64,000 nt of DNA. Source: Fistulifera solaris (taxonomy: Eukaryota). Position 1 is the first letter of the stretch, and each line of letters starts with the position of its first letter. Location: positions 62,001 through 126,000 of the forward strand of contig AP026127.1 in assembly GCA_030295235.1 (NCBI GenBank). The letters run 5' to 3'. This document shows positions 1 through 12,723 of the stretch, piece after piece. The position numbers and the translations under genes are program-made. The notes beneath the pieces are model-generated. The model ran no database searches. It was not told the DNA's origin and saw nothing but the letters and a program-made list of their open reading frames with translations.

Positions 1-1
1 T

Positions 2-1126
2 GATCCATCCGAAATTCCGCCCATGAATTGTTGGGATGTTTCGAGAGTAACGGATTTCAGTGAATTGTTTGCCCTGCTACCGACTTTCAACGAACCCATT
101 GACAACTGGGATACGTCACGAGTTACGACGATGCGAGGCATGTTCCTGGAAGCAAAAGCCTTTAATCAATCCATTGGAGGATGGAATACAGCCCGTGTGA
201 CGGACATGGGTTACATGTTTCAACGCGCTTACGCGTTCGATCAGGACATTGGCAACTGGAATACCGGAAGAGTCACTTCCATGCAAGGAATGTTTCAATT
301 GGCGACCTCGTTCGATCAAACTATCGGTGATTGGGATACTTCTCGAGTCACCAACATGATATTTATGTTCGAGTTGGCTGAAGTGTTCAATCAACCCATT
401 GGAGGATGGAATACGGCCAAAGTGACCGCCATGAGTCATATGTTCAGTCATGCGCTTGCGTTTGATCAAAATATTGGTGATTGGGATACCGGAGAAGTCA
501 CAAATCTGCTGTCCGTGTTTTCTAACGCTGAAAATTTCAATCAACCGATCGGAGGGTGGGATACCTCCAAAGTCACCACTATGACCGGTATGTTCTTGGG
601 GGCCTCAGCGTTCAATCAAGACATTGGTAGGTGGGATATTTCCCAGGCGACCGAAGTGTCTCGCATGTTCCAAGGGACGGCCGCCTTCCACAAACCCATC
701 GGTGATTGGGATACCTCGCGAGTGACGACTATGGAGAATCTGTTCGATAGTGCAATATCATTCAATGGTGATATCCGTGCATGGAACACGAGCTTAGTCA
801 CCACCATGTACAAAATGTTTGCGAATGCTATTGCGTTCAATCAAGACATTGGTGAATGGGATACTGGACGCGTTGGTGACATGGGATCGATGTTTACAAA
901 TGCCACGTCCTTCAATCAAGACTTGAGTGAATGGAACGTGACCAGTGTAAACGACCTAACGGACATGTTTAAGGACGCTTCTGTTTTTAGTCAAAACTTG
1001 TGCGCGTGGAAGGATGTTACCGCTCTCGTGTACAAGACAGATATGTTCATCGCGACGAGTTGTTCGCAAGCCAAAACTCCTTCCGGCAATTTCTTTTGTC
1101 AAGAGTGTCCAGTTGCTTCAAACTGA
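2..1126 (+). CDS. DUF285/BspA-like (PARCEL-type) repeat protein, 5'-partial
   Basis: About 12 tandem 25-aa repeats of the form FNQxIGxWDTSxVTxMxxMF. C-terminal Cys cap TSC..PSGNFFCQEC. The frame is open to the window edge (DPSEIPPMNCWD). Confidence 0.9.
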   Translation, partial: DPSEIPPMNCWDVSRVTDFSELFALLPTFNEPIDNWDTSRVTTMRGMFLEAKAFNQSIGGWNTARVTDMGYMFQRAYAFDQDIGNWNTGRVTSMQGMFQLATSFDQTIGDWDTSRVTNMIFMFELAEVFNQPIGGWNTAKVTAMSHMFSHALAFDQNIGDWDTGEVTNLLSVFSNAENFNQPIGGWDTSKVTTMTGMFLGASAFNQDIGRWDISQATEVSRMFQGTAAFHKPIGDWDTSRVTTMENLFDSAISFNGDIRAWNTSLVTTMYKMFANAIAFNQDIGEWDTGRVGDMGSMFTNATSFNQDLSEWNVTSVNDLTDMFKDASVFSQNLCAWKDVTALVYKTDMFIATSCSQAKTPSGNFFCQECPVASN

Positions 1127-1962
1127 CGATTAGTGACATGTCAACTAGTTCATTTCGAAGAATCTCATTGATTTTTTTCTTCATTTATCGACAATACACC
1201 GACTTGTTGATTCCACGCTCATAATCCATCATTAATCTACACACCAATAGTAGAATCCTTCGCCGAACTTCGACATGCGAATGTTTTGAGCCCGATCTCT
1301 GTAAGATCTACCGCTTTTCATCGTATTGTAGTCACCGTTCACCGACTGTGTTCCAGAAACGTCCAGACACGTTCTGATTGGGTTTACACGGTGAATTGTC
1401 GTCTACAACCGAACGCTGTCTGTTGCTGCATGATTTTCGCCGTTCATTTTGGATCGCCAACAGATTACTGTTGGTCGGCCTGGTAACCATTTCTCGTATT
1501 TGCCGGCAACTTTTTCTGTCGCCAATAACGCTTGGCGTAAAACCATGAATGCCGTAGTACAAAAATAACTAAAAATCGACGCCCGAACTATCTCTTCTTC
1601 GCTAGCATAGTTATCCCAGTTCTAGCGTGCTATAATAGAATCCACTTTTCGATTTCGTCCATTTGAACGTCCGCACTCCGCACTTAAAACACTCGTGACT
1701 TAGGATTTCTACTGTGGTTTTGAGAGTAGTCTGGTCGCGAGTTCCGAAAAATTCATGCGAATAAAAGTTTGGCGCGAAGACGCGAATGAAGCGAAAATAG
1801 GAAAATACCAGGTAAGACAAAGGGAAAGAATTACAAGTAAGCCTCATGGCTCATTGATCCAAAAATCGAAGATCGCTTTCAATCCATAGTCTCTAAACAA
1901 CTTCAGTCGTCCTTTTCCTGCTTGTCTCTTCTATTTCTTGTTCGATAGCTCTCTTGAGAAAA

Positions 1963-2700
1963 ATGAAGTTCAACGTTGCGTATTCGCTGTTTGCGCGCAA
2001 CGCCTTGGTTTTGAATTGTGGAAGAAATCGAGATCCTTGTGCGGGCTTTGAACGGTTAGAATTCGACAACAAAGTTGATCTCCAAGCCGCTATCGACGAT
2101 TACTTACAATCACGCTCCGGGTCGCCACCGAATTGTTGGGATATCTCCGCCATTACCGATTTGAGCCAATTATTCAACGGGCAGACGACTCTCTTCAATG
2201 AAGACATTGGTGATTGGGATACGTCGTCGGTCACCAGTATGGAAGGATTGTTCTCCAACGCACAGGCGTTCAATCAAGATATCGGAAAATGGAATACGAC
2301 GCGCGTGTCGGATATGTCCTCCATGTTTGAAAACGCCGCCGCCTTCAATCAAGATCTTCGCAACTGGGATACGGGTCGAGTGACCGACATGTCATTCATG
2401 TTCAACTTGGCTTCATCGTTCAATCAGAATATCGTTTTTTGGGACGTTTCTTCGGTCACGGACATGTTGGCCATGTTCGAAGATGCTTTCGATTTCAACC
2501 AGCCGGTCGGAGGATGGAATGTCGCGAAAGTGTCCGACATGCGATCTATGTTCAACGGCGCCGCGGACTTCAATCAAGATATGTGTGTTTGGACGGAAAT
2601 TACCTTGAGCGCCTTGAAAGGTGGCATGTTTACCGGAACGAGTTGTGCGCAGCAGGGAGAACCGACGGGCAACTTTTTCTGTCGCGAATGCGTGAGATGA
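1963..2700 (+). CDS. DUF285/BspA-like repeat protein
   Basis: ATG at 1963 (MKFNVAYSLFARN). N-cap (LQAAIDDY..PPNCWDISAITDLS), about 6 repeats of 25 aa, and a C-cap GNFFCREC shared with the neighbouring gene. Confidence 0.9.
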   Translation: MKFNVAYSLFARNALVLNCGRNRDPCAGFERLEFDNKVDLQAAIDDYLQSRSGSPPNCWDISAITDLSQLFNGQTTLFNEDIGDWDTSSVTSMEGLFSNAQAFNQDIGKWNTTRVSDMSSMFENAAAFNQDLRNWDTGRVTDMSFMFNLASSFNQNIVFWDVSSVTDMLAMFEDAFDFNQPVGGWNVAKVSDMRSMFNGAADFNQDMCVWTEITLSALKGGMFTGTSCAQQGEPTGNFFCRECVR

Positions 2701-3176
2701 AATCGAATTATGAGGAGTCGTTGATGAGATCGGAGCACGCCGAAATGAAAAACAAAGTCTGTTTTCTTATTTTATATTAAGAATTGTAGGATATAGGGAC
2801 TCATTTGTTTTAGTTTATTTAGAATGTTCGAACCATTTCATTCCGCACTCGCCATACTCGTGACCTGCGTCATCCTTCGCTTTTGTAAAGCGAATAATTT
2901 ATTTTTGACAGACCTCAAGAAAACGTGTCTGACTTCCGTATCTAGGGATTTACAGAAAGGTGTCAGAACTTTATTGTTCATTCAAGTTTGAACTGTAGAG
3001 CCGAGTGTACACAGGCGCGAAAAGCAACATTTCTGTTTTATTCTGCTTGCCGTTTCCGATTTCGCGTTTCTTTGCGCAACACAAAAAAAGATTCACAGAC
3101 GAATGAATAGACTAGTCGAATATCTTTCACGATAACATTATAAATAATCGTTCGATCCTTCTTCCTTTTAACAAAG

Positions 3177-3937
3177 ATGAACGTCTTCAGTAAATCGAAT
3201 CTATTTGCGCGCAACAATATCTTTTTGAATTGCCGAGATCCTCCGAATCCGTGTCCGAATGGCAAACGACCAATAACCGACCTTTTCGAACTGAAACAAG
3301 CCATCATCGATTACCAGAATGATCCGTCGGAACCAGAACCCAATTGTTGGGATATTTCGGCAGTGACCGACTTGGATCAGCTATTCAGAGGAATGGAATC
3401 CTTCAATGAACCGATTGGCAACTGGGATACTTCGGCCGTCACGCGCATGACGCATGTGTTCAGCGGCGCCGACAACCTCCCGAGTAACCACTATGGAAGG
3501 AATGTTTGACTTTGCTGTATCTTTCAATCAAGATATCAGCGGCTGGGACACGTCGGCCGTCACGAGCATGTTCCAAATGTTCCGCGGTGCGCGGTCCTTC
3601 AGCAAAATATTGGAAAATGGGATACGACGGCCGTCATCAATATGCGGAATACCTTCGATCGTGCAACGGTCTTCAACCAAAATATTGCAACATGGGATAC
3701 GTCCAAGGTCACGAGCATGGCGTTCATGTTTCGGGAGACGGCTGTGTTCAATCAAGACTTGAGCAATTGGGATACTTCCGCAGTCACCAGCATGGAGTCC
3801 ATGTTCCAAGATGTTGCAGAATTCAATCAAGACTTGTTTTGCTGCCGGAGATTTACTTTTGGAAATGTACGGGCATAAGTTGTCCGCAAGCCGATACTCC
3901 GTCGGGGAATTTCTTTTGTCGCGAATGCGTCATCTAG
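3177..3937 (+). pseudogene. DUF285/BspA-like gene, frameshifted and internally deleted
   Basis: Same N-cap (FARNN.FLNC, PNCWDISAVTD) and C-cap (PSGNFFCREC) as the neighbours. The repeats are split across several frames, with an apparent deletion near 3480. Confidence 0.8.
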
Positions 3938-4079
3938 CGTAGATTGGCAGTAGTATTTTATGATCAGAAAGACAGTGATAAACAAAAACAATTAATTGTT
4001 GGCAACGTTTCGTCCTCATTGTAGGATTTATTATTGTTTCTGCACATTTTGAATTCTCTATCATCTTTAATAGTAAACA

Positions 4080-4375
4080 AAGTTGACCTCACTCGAAACG
4101 ACGCCTGGGACTCGTCCGCCGTCAAGGACGCAAATGTTTATTTTCGGTGCTACCGCATTCAATCAGGACATTCCCGGGTAAGACACGGCCCAATATAAGT
4201 AACCAGCATGGAGGACATAATTACCAATGCGGCGGCAAACGGCCGAAACTTGAGTGCGTGGAAGAATGTTGGATCTCTGCTCTATTTATGTGAACAAATA
4301 TGTTTGTTGGCACCCGTAGGTATCCTCATCCCGACGCCTGAAGACAACAAATTCTGTGTCACTTGCCCGCCTTGA
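4080..4375 (+). pseudogene. DUF285 gene remnant (3' part)
   Basis: Degenerate repeat fragments (gcctgggactcgtccgccgtc; gcattcaatcaggacatt; ttgagtgcgtggaag; ttctgtgtcacttgc), interrupted by stops and indels. Confidence 0.6.
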
Positions 4376-5130
4376 AGTGGCTCTCTTTGGGACGAAATAG
4401 TCGATGAGAGCGAACTACGTTTCGTACCACGAGTAAATACTCAGTATCATGGCAGGTGCTCTCGTCATCATGTAGAGCCACAAAGCGAGCGATTTTGGTG
4501 ATGAACTATTCGAAGGCACGCAGCTCGCCGATCAGCCTCTTGCATTCAGCTTGATTTCAAAGTAGATCAAGCGATGGCAATTTTCGTTTGTCGTTACTTA
4601 TCGTACTTGGCGACAATAGTGGAATGACACAAACAGTAGCAATTCGTCCTACCGAAATATACAAAAAGTCATTCTCTCTTGAGGACGGGGTATCAACTGT
4701 TGCTTGATGGCGGTACTTTATCTTCCGAAAAGGCGGGTCTTGACGGACGTAGATACCTTTCGGGTGTTGAATAAGTCAATTGAAGGGATTGTAGAGAGCG
4801 GGTGCTGTTCGCTAATACTCGGAGTAATAAGGAACCTTAGATGAGAACCGGATTGATTACCGTTCCGATGTCTCAGGACAGAAGTCGTGTACGAAAGTAA
4901 CACACTACTACTTGTACGACTGTATTCTACCAGCCCAGATTTTTAACGCCGTTCCCGGTGCTTTTCGTTTTTCGACAAAAATCAAACTTGATGCTTCCAT
5001 GCGTTTTTATGTACTGTGTGTACGGATTATTGAAGAGGACATAAAACCTGGAACCAGTGAAAAGTGAAAACGTAAAAACACTCCGACTCCGACGTCTCTT
5101 GGTAGTGCAACACTACCATTATTCTTTACC

Positions 5131-5365
5131 ATGAACGCAAATCTTTCTTTTCTCTGTTGGCGCGGAACGACCTTTTCTTGAATTGTGGTCATCATCGATC
5201 TCGCAATAATCTTCGGTTTACCCCGCTGTCAATAATCCTGACGAACCGAAACCCCACTGCTGGGATGTATCCGCCGTGACCGATCTTAGCCGCCTGTTTC
5301 ATTCTGTAACTACCTTGAATGAACCGATTGGCAATTGGAAAAAATCGGCTGTCACCGACATGTGA
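5131..5365 (+). pseudogene. DUF285 gene remnant (5' part)
   Basis: Matches the 5' ends of the cluster genes (gcgcggaacgaccttttcttgaattgt; EPKPHCWDVSAVTDLSRLF; NEPIGNW), then truncated. Confidence 0.65.
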
Positions 5366-5514
5366 GTATGCTATCTAGCTAGAGTCTAGAGACTGGTAAT
5401 AGTAGTTTTCACAGGCCATGAGAAACGATAGCTACTTGTACTGGAGTCAATTGCTGGTATAACCATCCATCCTTATTCTACGAAGAATTAGTGCTACTGT
5501 TAACCTTGTTAGCC

Positions 5515-5933
5515 TCAATCGGAACGACGAATTTGCGTCGCGCAGAGACCACCGTCAAAATCAATGCAAACGCGGCTTGAAAAGAAGCAAAGTTAGTTAG
5601 GAGTGAGACAGCAGCTGGACCAAGAAAGTGTCCGAGAGTCGCAAAAAATACATACTTTCCCGAACAATCTCTTGATCGACTGCAGGAATCCCCGTCGCCC
5701 TGTCTTTCCGTAACACAGACTACACCACCTTCGACCGCTTTGACACAAATGCCTCGACCATCCAGACAAGTATCTCCCATAATGCCGTCACTGAAAAGCT
5801 CACTATTCCGGTTGCAGTCATCGAATAAGGGCAAGCACAAAAAGTTTCGCAGAAAAAGTGAACGAGGGTCGCTTTCTGCCGCCATGAAAGCCAGAGCGAA
5901 GCAGAGCAAGAGAAAGGTAAATGATTGCTTCAT
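5515..5933 (-). CDS. Small secreted cysteine-rich protein (~112 aa, two exons)
   Basis: Signal-peptide-like N-terminus MKQSFTFLLLCFALAFMAA. Predicted intron 5655..5576 (GTATGT...CTAAC...AAG) joins DCSG-N to RVCIDFDGGLCATQIRRSD*. The mature part is Cys-rich. Confidence 0.6.
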
Positions 5934-6303
5934 TGTCAAGTAATGATAGAAATGGGTTTTTGACGCTCTCTTTTCGATTGCAGTGCAAACGTTGTTTTGT
6001 GAGTTTTTGTCTTGCATAGATCGTTATTGGAATGGGAAATGGCGTGGATAATATTTCGTCGTGTGCACGATACGACATTCCCAATAGGATACAAACCAGT
6101 AATGTCGCTCACACTTGATGTCTTAGAAAAGTCTGTTCCGTGTTCCGTGTACTATCAACGTCCATGTCGTATGTCTGATCTACAAAATAGCCACGTATCA
6201 TTAGTACGAATCAATCTAGCGACGAGCGACGAGGAGTGAAAAGTAAAGATGATTCATTCGTGAATGGTGAAAACGCTGGTCATTCTATAATTAATTACCA
6301 GTA

Positions 6304-6789
6304 CAGCTGTTTTTTCTTTCCGGATCAGGCATGTACACCCGGTACAAAATCTACATACGGCAGCCAGACGTTTTTTCTTTCTACAGCGTATCGCTGCCGC
6401 TGCAGCCTCAATTTTCGTGCTGTTTGAAATTAAATCTGATTTGAAATGCAAAATATTATTATATGAATAGATTCAAAATTAAAAACGAATCGAAAGCTTA
6501 TTGTTGAATATGCAGTTTTTCGTGGTTTTGACCTCGAAAATTTAGTCCAACTTTGGACCGTCGTATCTCCTGCTAGAATAAAAAAAACTGCATATTCAAC
6601 AATAACCTTTCGATTCGTTTTTTAATTTTGAATCCATTTATATACTAATATTTTGCATTTTAATTCAAATTTAATTTCGAATAGCACGAAAATTATGCTG
6701 CAGCGTGCGCGGCGAAGGGAAAATTCCGTGACGTTTTCCGTAGGTTCTACGTATTTCTACATGAAAAATTTGGAACGGAGAAACAGCTG
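6304..6789. mobile_element. Non-autonomous foldback MITE-like element, Tc1/mariner-type ends
   Basis: Ends CAGCTGTTT...AAACAGCTG are flanked by TA on both sides (6302-6303, 6790-6791). Long imperfect AT-rich inverted arms at ~6398-6520 and ~6583-6705. No coding capacity. Confidence 0.75.
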
Positions 6790-6819
6790 TACAAGGCGAA
6801 GGACGATGCGATGCGCATC

Positions 6820-7130
6820 TTTTGGAATTATTGTCGAGATCCTCCAAATCAATCCGCGCCGGAATGGAAGAAGTGCTTTTACCGACAATGTTGAGCTTCG
6901 ACAAGTCATTGTTCCTTACTCCTTTGAATCTTCCGCGCTTTTATTATGTTCAATGGTGCACTCTCTAGGGCTCAACCCATCGGTGACTGAGATACTTTTT
7001 ACAACACGAATGCTTTTCACCAGGCCATCGGCCGTCACCACCATGCAAGATATGTTTCAGTTGACTGCAACATTTATTTCATCAAACCATTGATGGTTGG
7101 AATACTGCTGAAGTTACTGACATGACCGAT
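6820..7130 (+). pseudogene. Highly degenerate DUF285 remnant
   Basis: Fragments match the gene at 3177 (tgtcgagatcctccaaat; gccgtcaccaccatgcaagatatgttt; ggttggaatactgctgaagttactgacatg). Confidence 0.5.
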
Positions 7131-8336
7131 ATCTCAATTCTTCAAAGCAGTCGCGGCAAATCGGACCTGCCAAGCGAAGGAGCTGCCAGCGGAATGGAGA
7201 TCGGCGTGATGCAGTTGTGCACTCTGGTACCGTCGTTTCCAGATTCCTTGGTCTCTAGGTGATAATGAATGAACTAACGTAGACCAAAAAGTTATGTTTT
7301 ATAATATTTTCCCTTACATGGAGAGACCGTCGATGCCAAACAATGCCCTTGTACACCATAAACCATAATCATATCCGATGGCCACATCAAAATAGAGAGT
7401 TGAGCTATTTGTTATAAAATATTATAAAATCAATAAGAACCAAACCGTTAACTTTCCTACATCATCGACCATAGCACATATTTGCTCTGTTGTTGTCTCT
7501 TGCCGCATTTTATTGTTATCACGGCGCTGTCTTTTCGCGTTATTGTATTATTTCCGTTTCCTTCCTTTGCTTCCATTATTGCTTCGTCGTTCTCGGAACA
7601 ATGATTTCTCCGCGCGGTCGGCTAGAGTACGGAAACTTTGCTGTACGATGCTTTGCAATCAATTCCAGTGCGTTTATATTGGATCTACGTTTTGGCCGCG
7701 CGGCCTTGAATCTTTCCTTGACGCGACAAAATGTTCACTATCCAGCTGCTTGATAATAATTTGATGGACCTCCTGGAATAATGAGTTGCTTTCGTGTCCG
7801 CCGGCGGTGAATTCTCTTTGACTCGATCGTGTTTATTCATGGCGTGAGAGAAAAGTCACGACCGTTTGCTTTAGGATATACCGTTTTGGGAGGCGCCCTC
7901 GCAACTGTTTCACTCGTTTTCAATGATGATGACAGGATGGAGGTGAAAAGTTGCTCGAGATTCGGAAGCGCAAACTGTGTATAGAAGAACATTCTATCTT
8001 TGGCTGCGAGAGAGAAAAAAAAAGTATTCGTCGCATTCTCAGGTGAACGAAACGCTGCTGAGAGACACAAAGGGACAGTTTGTTTTTCGGTTTGCTCTCA
8101 GCTTCTTTCACAAGGAAACGTTGTTTGGCAGACGTTTCATTCAATTCGATATAATTCGCGAGACAATCCAAGTGGGCAACGAGTGCACAATGAAGCAGAC
8201 TGTTCTTCATCGCTTGGCCGAACGATCGCTTCAGAAACTGGTATCGTCAATACGCAGCTGGTTCAAAGGGTGCGAATCATTGGAAACGTTGGAGAAACAA
8301 AGACCAAAAACAATTTACATTGCACAGGCTACTGAA

Positions 8337-11300
8337 TTATTCGGACCCGGGTGCCTCCAATCGTGCCACCATTTCGGCCACCAATTGTCGACCTTTGGCT
8401 TCCCACTCTTTGCGATTCGTTTCGGCATAGTTCAAGTATTCATCGCTTGCAACACCAAAGACACCACATTCCTTCAACTTCTTGGCCAGGGGAATGATAT
8501 AAAAATCAAAAAGCCGATTTCCCCTTCGTACCAGACATCGGCAGGATTCTTGGACGCGGCCTTGACGATAGGCCGTCATCATTTCTTCAAACAGACGAGC
8601 ATTCCATTTGCGGTAAATGTGCCAGTGTTGCATCGTGTGCGATACATCGGAGGCTTGAATGACATGCTCCAACACAATGGTCGCCCCTCACGATTGATTT
8701 GCTCTTCGATTTCTTCGGGAAACAGGTTGACGCTGTGGTTGTTTTCGGCAAAGGCTTTGGCCCAGCGGTCTTTGCGCTTGACTGAGTGACTTGTCCATAA
8801 TATCCGTGGCCATGACCAAATTCACAATGAGTTGGCGGAAGCGATTGTATTCGGCCGGTGTGGTGTAAATGCAGTTCGCGCAGATCAATGAAAGCTTCGT
8901 CCATGAGTAATGACCAGGCGATATCGACGGAGTTTTGTTCGGCGACACTTTTGTTGTGGTAGACAGCGGCAATGGGAGACTTTTCTTCGATCAATGTGGC
9001 ATTGGTGACACCCTGGTGATCGACGTCGTGAATGAGAGCCGCAAAGGCGGGCGGCAAATTGGCGTCAATGGCTCGGAGGTAATACCGTACGTGTAATCGT
9101 GGAGAGTCCGGTCGTCTCCGGATACTTCAGGTGCCACAATACGTGAAAAGAGCTTTGTGACCGACATGGTGACGTGACTCACGTGTTCAAAGTTGTGGAA
9201 GGCATTGTTGCGATAGAGTGTAGCAATGGCGTGGACGTACTTTTCGAGTTGTTGCATAACCTTTTCTTCCAAAACGACGGGTGCGAAGCTTCTCCTGACG
9301 CGCCGCCGCTTCGGCATCAAAGGTGGGCAGGGCGAGAATTTCCGTGACTTCTCCGAAAAGCGTGACCCACTTGAGTGACCTCTTCGGAGCAATCGGACGG
9401 CTTCGAAATTGGGGGCAGTGTTCAATGCTTGACGTCGTTGGACCACGTCTTTCAATATCTTGGCAAGGACTTCGGCATTCCACTTCACCAGGCGTTGGGA
9501 TTTTTCCGTCAACGCATTGTTTTTCGATGGGGTAGCATTTTGGAAAAGAGCCGTAGCATCATCACGAATTCTACCTTCGTCATCTCCTTCGCTGGAAGAG
9601 ACACCCGATGAAGTCGACCGGGGACCGTCGTCTTTGACCAGCCAGTAGGTTGTCAATTCGCCCTTGCCTTTGGCGTTGACCTTGTCTTCTCTCAGTCTGG
9701 TCCAGTGCCCCTTGCCGAATGCCTGCAAAATGTTTGCAGTTTCTTCAGAAATGTGGATCATGTTCTTTTTTCCCGTGGTTTCGATACGAGCCGTCGTGAT
9801 TCATCGTGTCACCAAAGAGTTGGAACCGCGCCTTTTCACCACGGAGAACTCCGCCCTATTCGGAAAGGGAAGAAGGATAGTGGTTGAGATAAATGTCATG
9901 GGATGAAGGATTCCATTGGAGCTCCAACTGTATTTTGACGTACCGTCACAGGCCCGCTGTGCAAACCGACTCGCAATCCCAACTCTCCGGTATCTGGTCC
10001 TAATGTAACCTCGAGCTCATTCATCAATGACATCATACAAGCGCGACAATCGCGTGCAAAACGAGCCATGGCGACAGCATGGTCGCGACGTGGATCCGGA
10101 AGACCACACGCTGCTACGTAACAGTCACCCACCGTCTCCACTTTGAATATGCGTCTCCTCTTGGCAATACTGTCGAATTCGGAATATATGGTTTCAAGCA
10201 ACTGGAACACTTGTGCCGGTTCTCTCATCGAACTCCATGCAGTGAAGCCTGACAACAAAATGCGTTGAAAAGGTAAGGCCACGCGTCTCTGGGGCAACAG
10301 AACGTTGATTTCCAATTCGGTTGGTTACTTACCAACAAGATCTGCAAACTGTGCATTAGTAGGAAAAGAAAGGGAGTGGGCTTGTGAGTCTCCGAAAGCA
10401 CACGTGACAATCTGAGCGAAAAATCATGCCTTTGTGGACGTACCATAATTGTTGTGGATGGAAATAGATCAGCGATGGGTGGCATATTCCGTTGTACCGA
10501 CTCGTTGCGATCCCCATTGTCGGGAGTACTCAGCGTTTCCTTCAATCGGTCCTTCATGCTGATACGGAACGCTCCTTTCCCCATTCCTTTCTCGGCCATT
10601 TCCGCCTCCTGCTTGGCCTCGGCCATGATGCGTTCCTGGACGTTTTTGGGAAACAATGATTTGACTATGTCCGTTGTGCGCTTCGCGACTCGTGATATGT
10701 TTCTTTGACGTCGCTCCACGGCACAGTCGTAGCAGAAAAAGATGCCGGTTGTAAAGAGGAAGACACCCAGAATGGCCAACGCGAAGAGATAAGGATCATG
10801 CGTCATATACTTGTCCTTTAGTTCGTCAGTAGGGTAAACATCAATGGTATAGTAGCAATGCTCGACGGAAGTGTCTGCTCCATCGTACTGCGCGAACCCC
10901 GCAAAGTTCGCTTCCATATGCAGGTAGTTGTACTTCGTATCGTGCAAATTCCCCTGTCCGACGACTGTGGCATCGTGTCCGTCGACTCGATACGTTACGA
11001 TTGTGCCGCAATGATCGTTGACTTCAACGATAAATCCATGAATATCGTGCGGAAGAACATTCTTGAAATACTTTTCCCACGGCAATACGGCAAAGACGAA
11101 TCCACCCGGGTCGGTGTAGGACAGATTGTCGCTATGAAGAGTCTTTTGAACAGCTTCCAGGATAACAGACCGCGGATGCCACTCCGAAAGCTCTTGTTGT
11201 CGCGTGGCCTCGAGCAAGTATTCCACATCCACAATGCCGGACATGACGACATGCTCTACTTCGAGAACATCTTGTTCCAACTGATGAAACCAGGAGAAAG

Positions 11301-12078
11301 TGTCCATGTCCAAGAGCATGGTATCTAGGTCATTCGCTTGGGGTGCGACTTGCCATACCGGCACAAACGCAGAGTCTTGGTCATCTTTTTCGGACATGGC
11401 TTCCCCTTGAACATTGTGAATGTGTTTGGGGATCTGTCCTTGGTTGTGTTGGGGCCATTCCATTGCAGTATAAGCCTCAAAGGAGTCTCTCTGCTCCAAG
11501 AGAACCATTGGAGTGAACGCGAACAGCTCGGATCCGGTCAAACGGATGGCTTCTTGCACTTGCTGCGGGAAGAAAGGCAGAGTAACGTTGGGCCAGACCC
11601 CCGCCGTTTGCGAGGCGTGAGACGAAATCGCCGTGGCTAGACTGCGAACTTGCCCGACGGTATTGGCGGCGTTGGTTTCGGACAATTCAATGATTTCACC
11701 GGCCAAGTCACGAAACTGAATGAAAAGTAGAACCGTAGAAAGTGATGGGTTAGAATGCGTAGTGTAAGATGTCGTTCGACACGACAACAAACCTGGACTT
11801 ACCTCTGCTTCAAAGACACTTTCTTCGCTCTTTTTCACAAAGAAGAAAGCTGCCACTGATATCGCTATGCTAGCGAGAAGGAGACAAATGTAAACAATCG
11901 CCTTGGTTCGATTTACAATTCGAGTATCTTCTCGAACGAAACTGCCATTGGAAGTCGAACCATCGGAACGGGCGTTGGTTTGAGACTGCGACGGATCCGA
12001 TGTGCTTTCTCCCTCGTGTTTGGACGAAAGCGACTTGGAGGATTCCGAATGCTCCAATTGAATGATTTGCGGAGGCAT
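8337..12078 (-). CDS. Membrane class III nucleotide (probably guanylate) cyclase fused to a class I phosphodiesterase domain; multi-exon, frameshifts in the 3' half
   Basis: ATG at 12078 (MPPQII). Two hydrophobic TM segments flank a CHASE-like extracellular region. Cyclase motifs FADLVGFTAWSS, KVETVGDCYVA, VGLHSGPV, RFQLFGDTMN, KGKG. PDE motifs FHNFEH, IHDVDHQGVTN, MATDI, QASDVSH. Introns 11802..11716, 10443..10349, 10332..10249, 9943..9856. Confidence 0.9.
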
Positions 12079-12723
12079 TTTTGTGTTTTTATGAGCGAAG
12101 AAAGAATCGATTCGCTTTTGCCGAATTGTTGCGCAGATAACTTGCGACAAAGTTTGGGATGAGATTTGGAGTTGGCGGTTGGCGCTCCAGTGAGAAAATT
12201 TTCTCGTTCGTTGTGACCTTCGCGCTTCGCGACAATTCGTGGAGGCCCAAACGAGACATAATAATGAAATAATACAGAAAACAGGTCGAGTACGGTCATT
12301 TTCAAGTTGAATGATATGATCTGTACTGCAGTTCAATGTAAGCTTATTTCTCTGAGCCAAAGCCCGAGACATTCGGTGCATTATTGCAAAGCTCGCCGCT
12401 CGCCGCCCTCCGCCTTTTTCCTTTTTCCGTGCGTATTCAAATAGACCTTAAAGTACTACGTAGTACGTAGACGTCATTCTGTCTTTATTCTCGGTCTTGG
12501 CATCCGTGCTGTCATCCAGAAGTACTACGGAATCAATAAGTAGCTACTTGAATTGATTCACAGAACAATGACCGTTTTCTCCTGACGTGGTCGACTTGGG
12601 ACCTTGGGACTTGGGGCGGTTGGCGGTTGGCTTTTGGCTTGCTCTCTGCTCTCTTTGGACCTCTGTTCAATAGGCTTGTCGCTTGTCAAGTACCGATAAA
12701 AATGCAGTAGTGCGTTCTGGAGA

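Noticed and set aside
7977..8789. 270-aa plus-strand ORF
   Set aside because: It is mostly the antisense shadow of the PDE domain and has no motif of its own.
12079..12381. N-terminal extension of the 718-aa ORF
   Set aside because: It is not protein-like. The ATG at 12078, followed by a Ser-rich leader and a TM helix, is the more plausible start.
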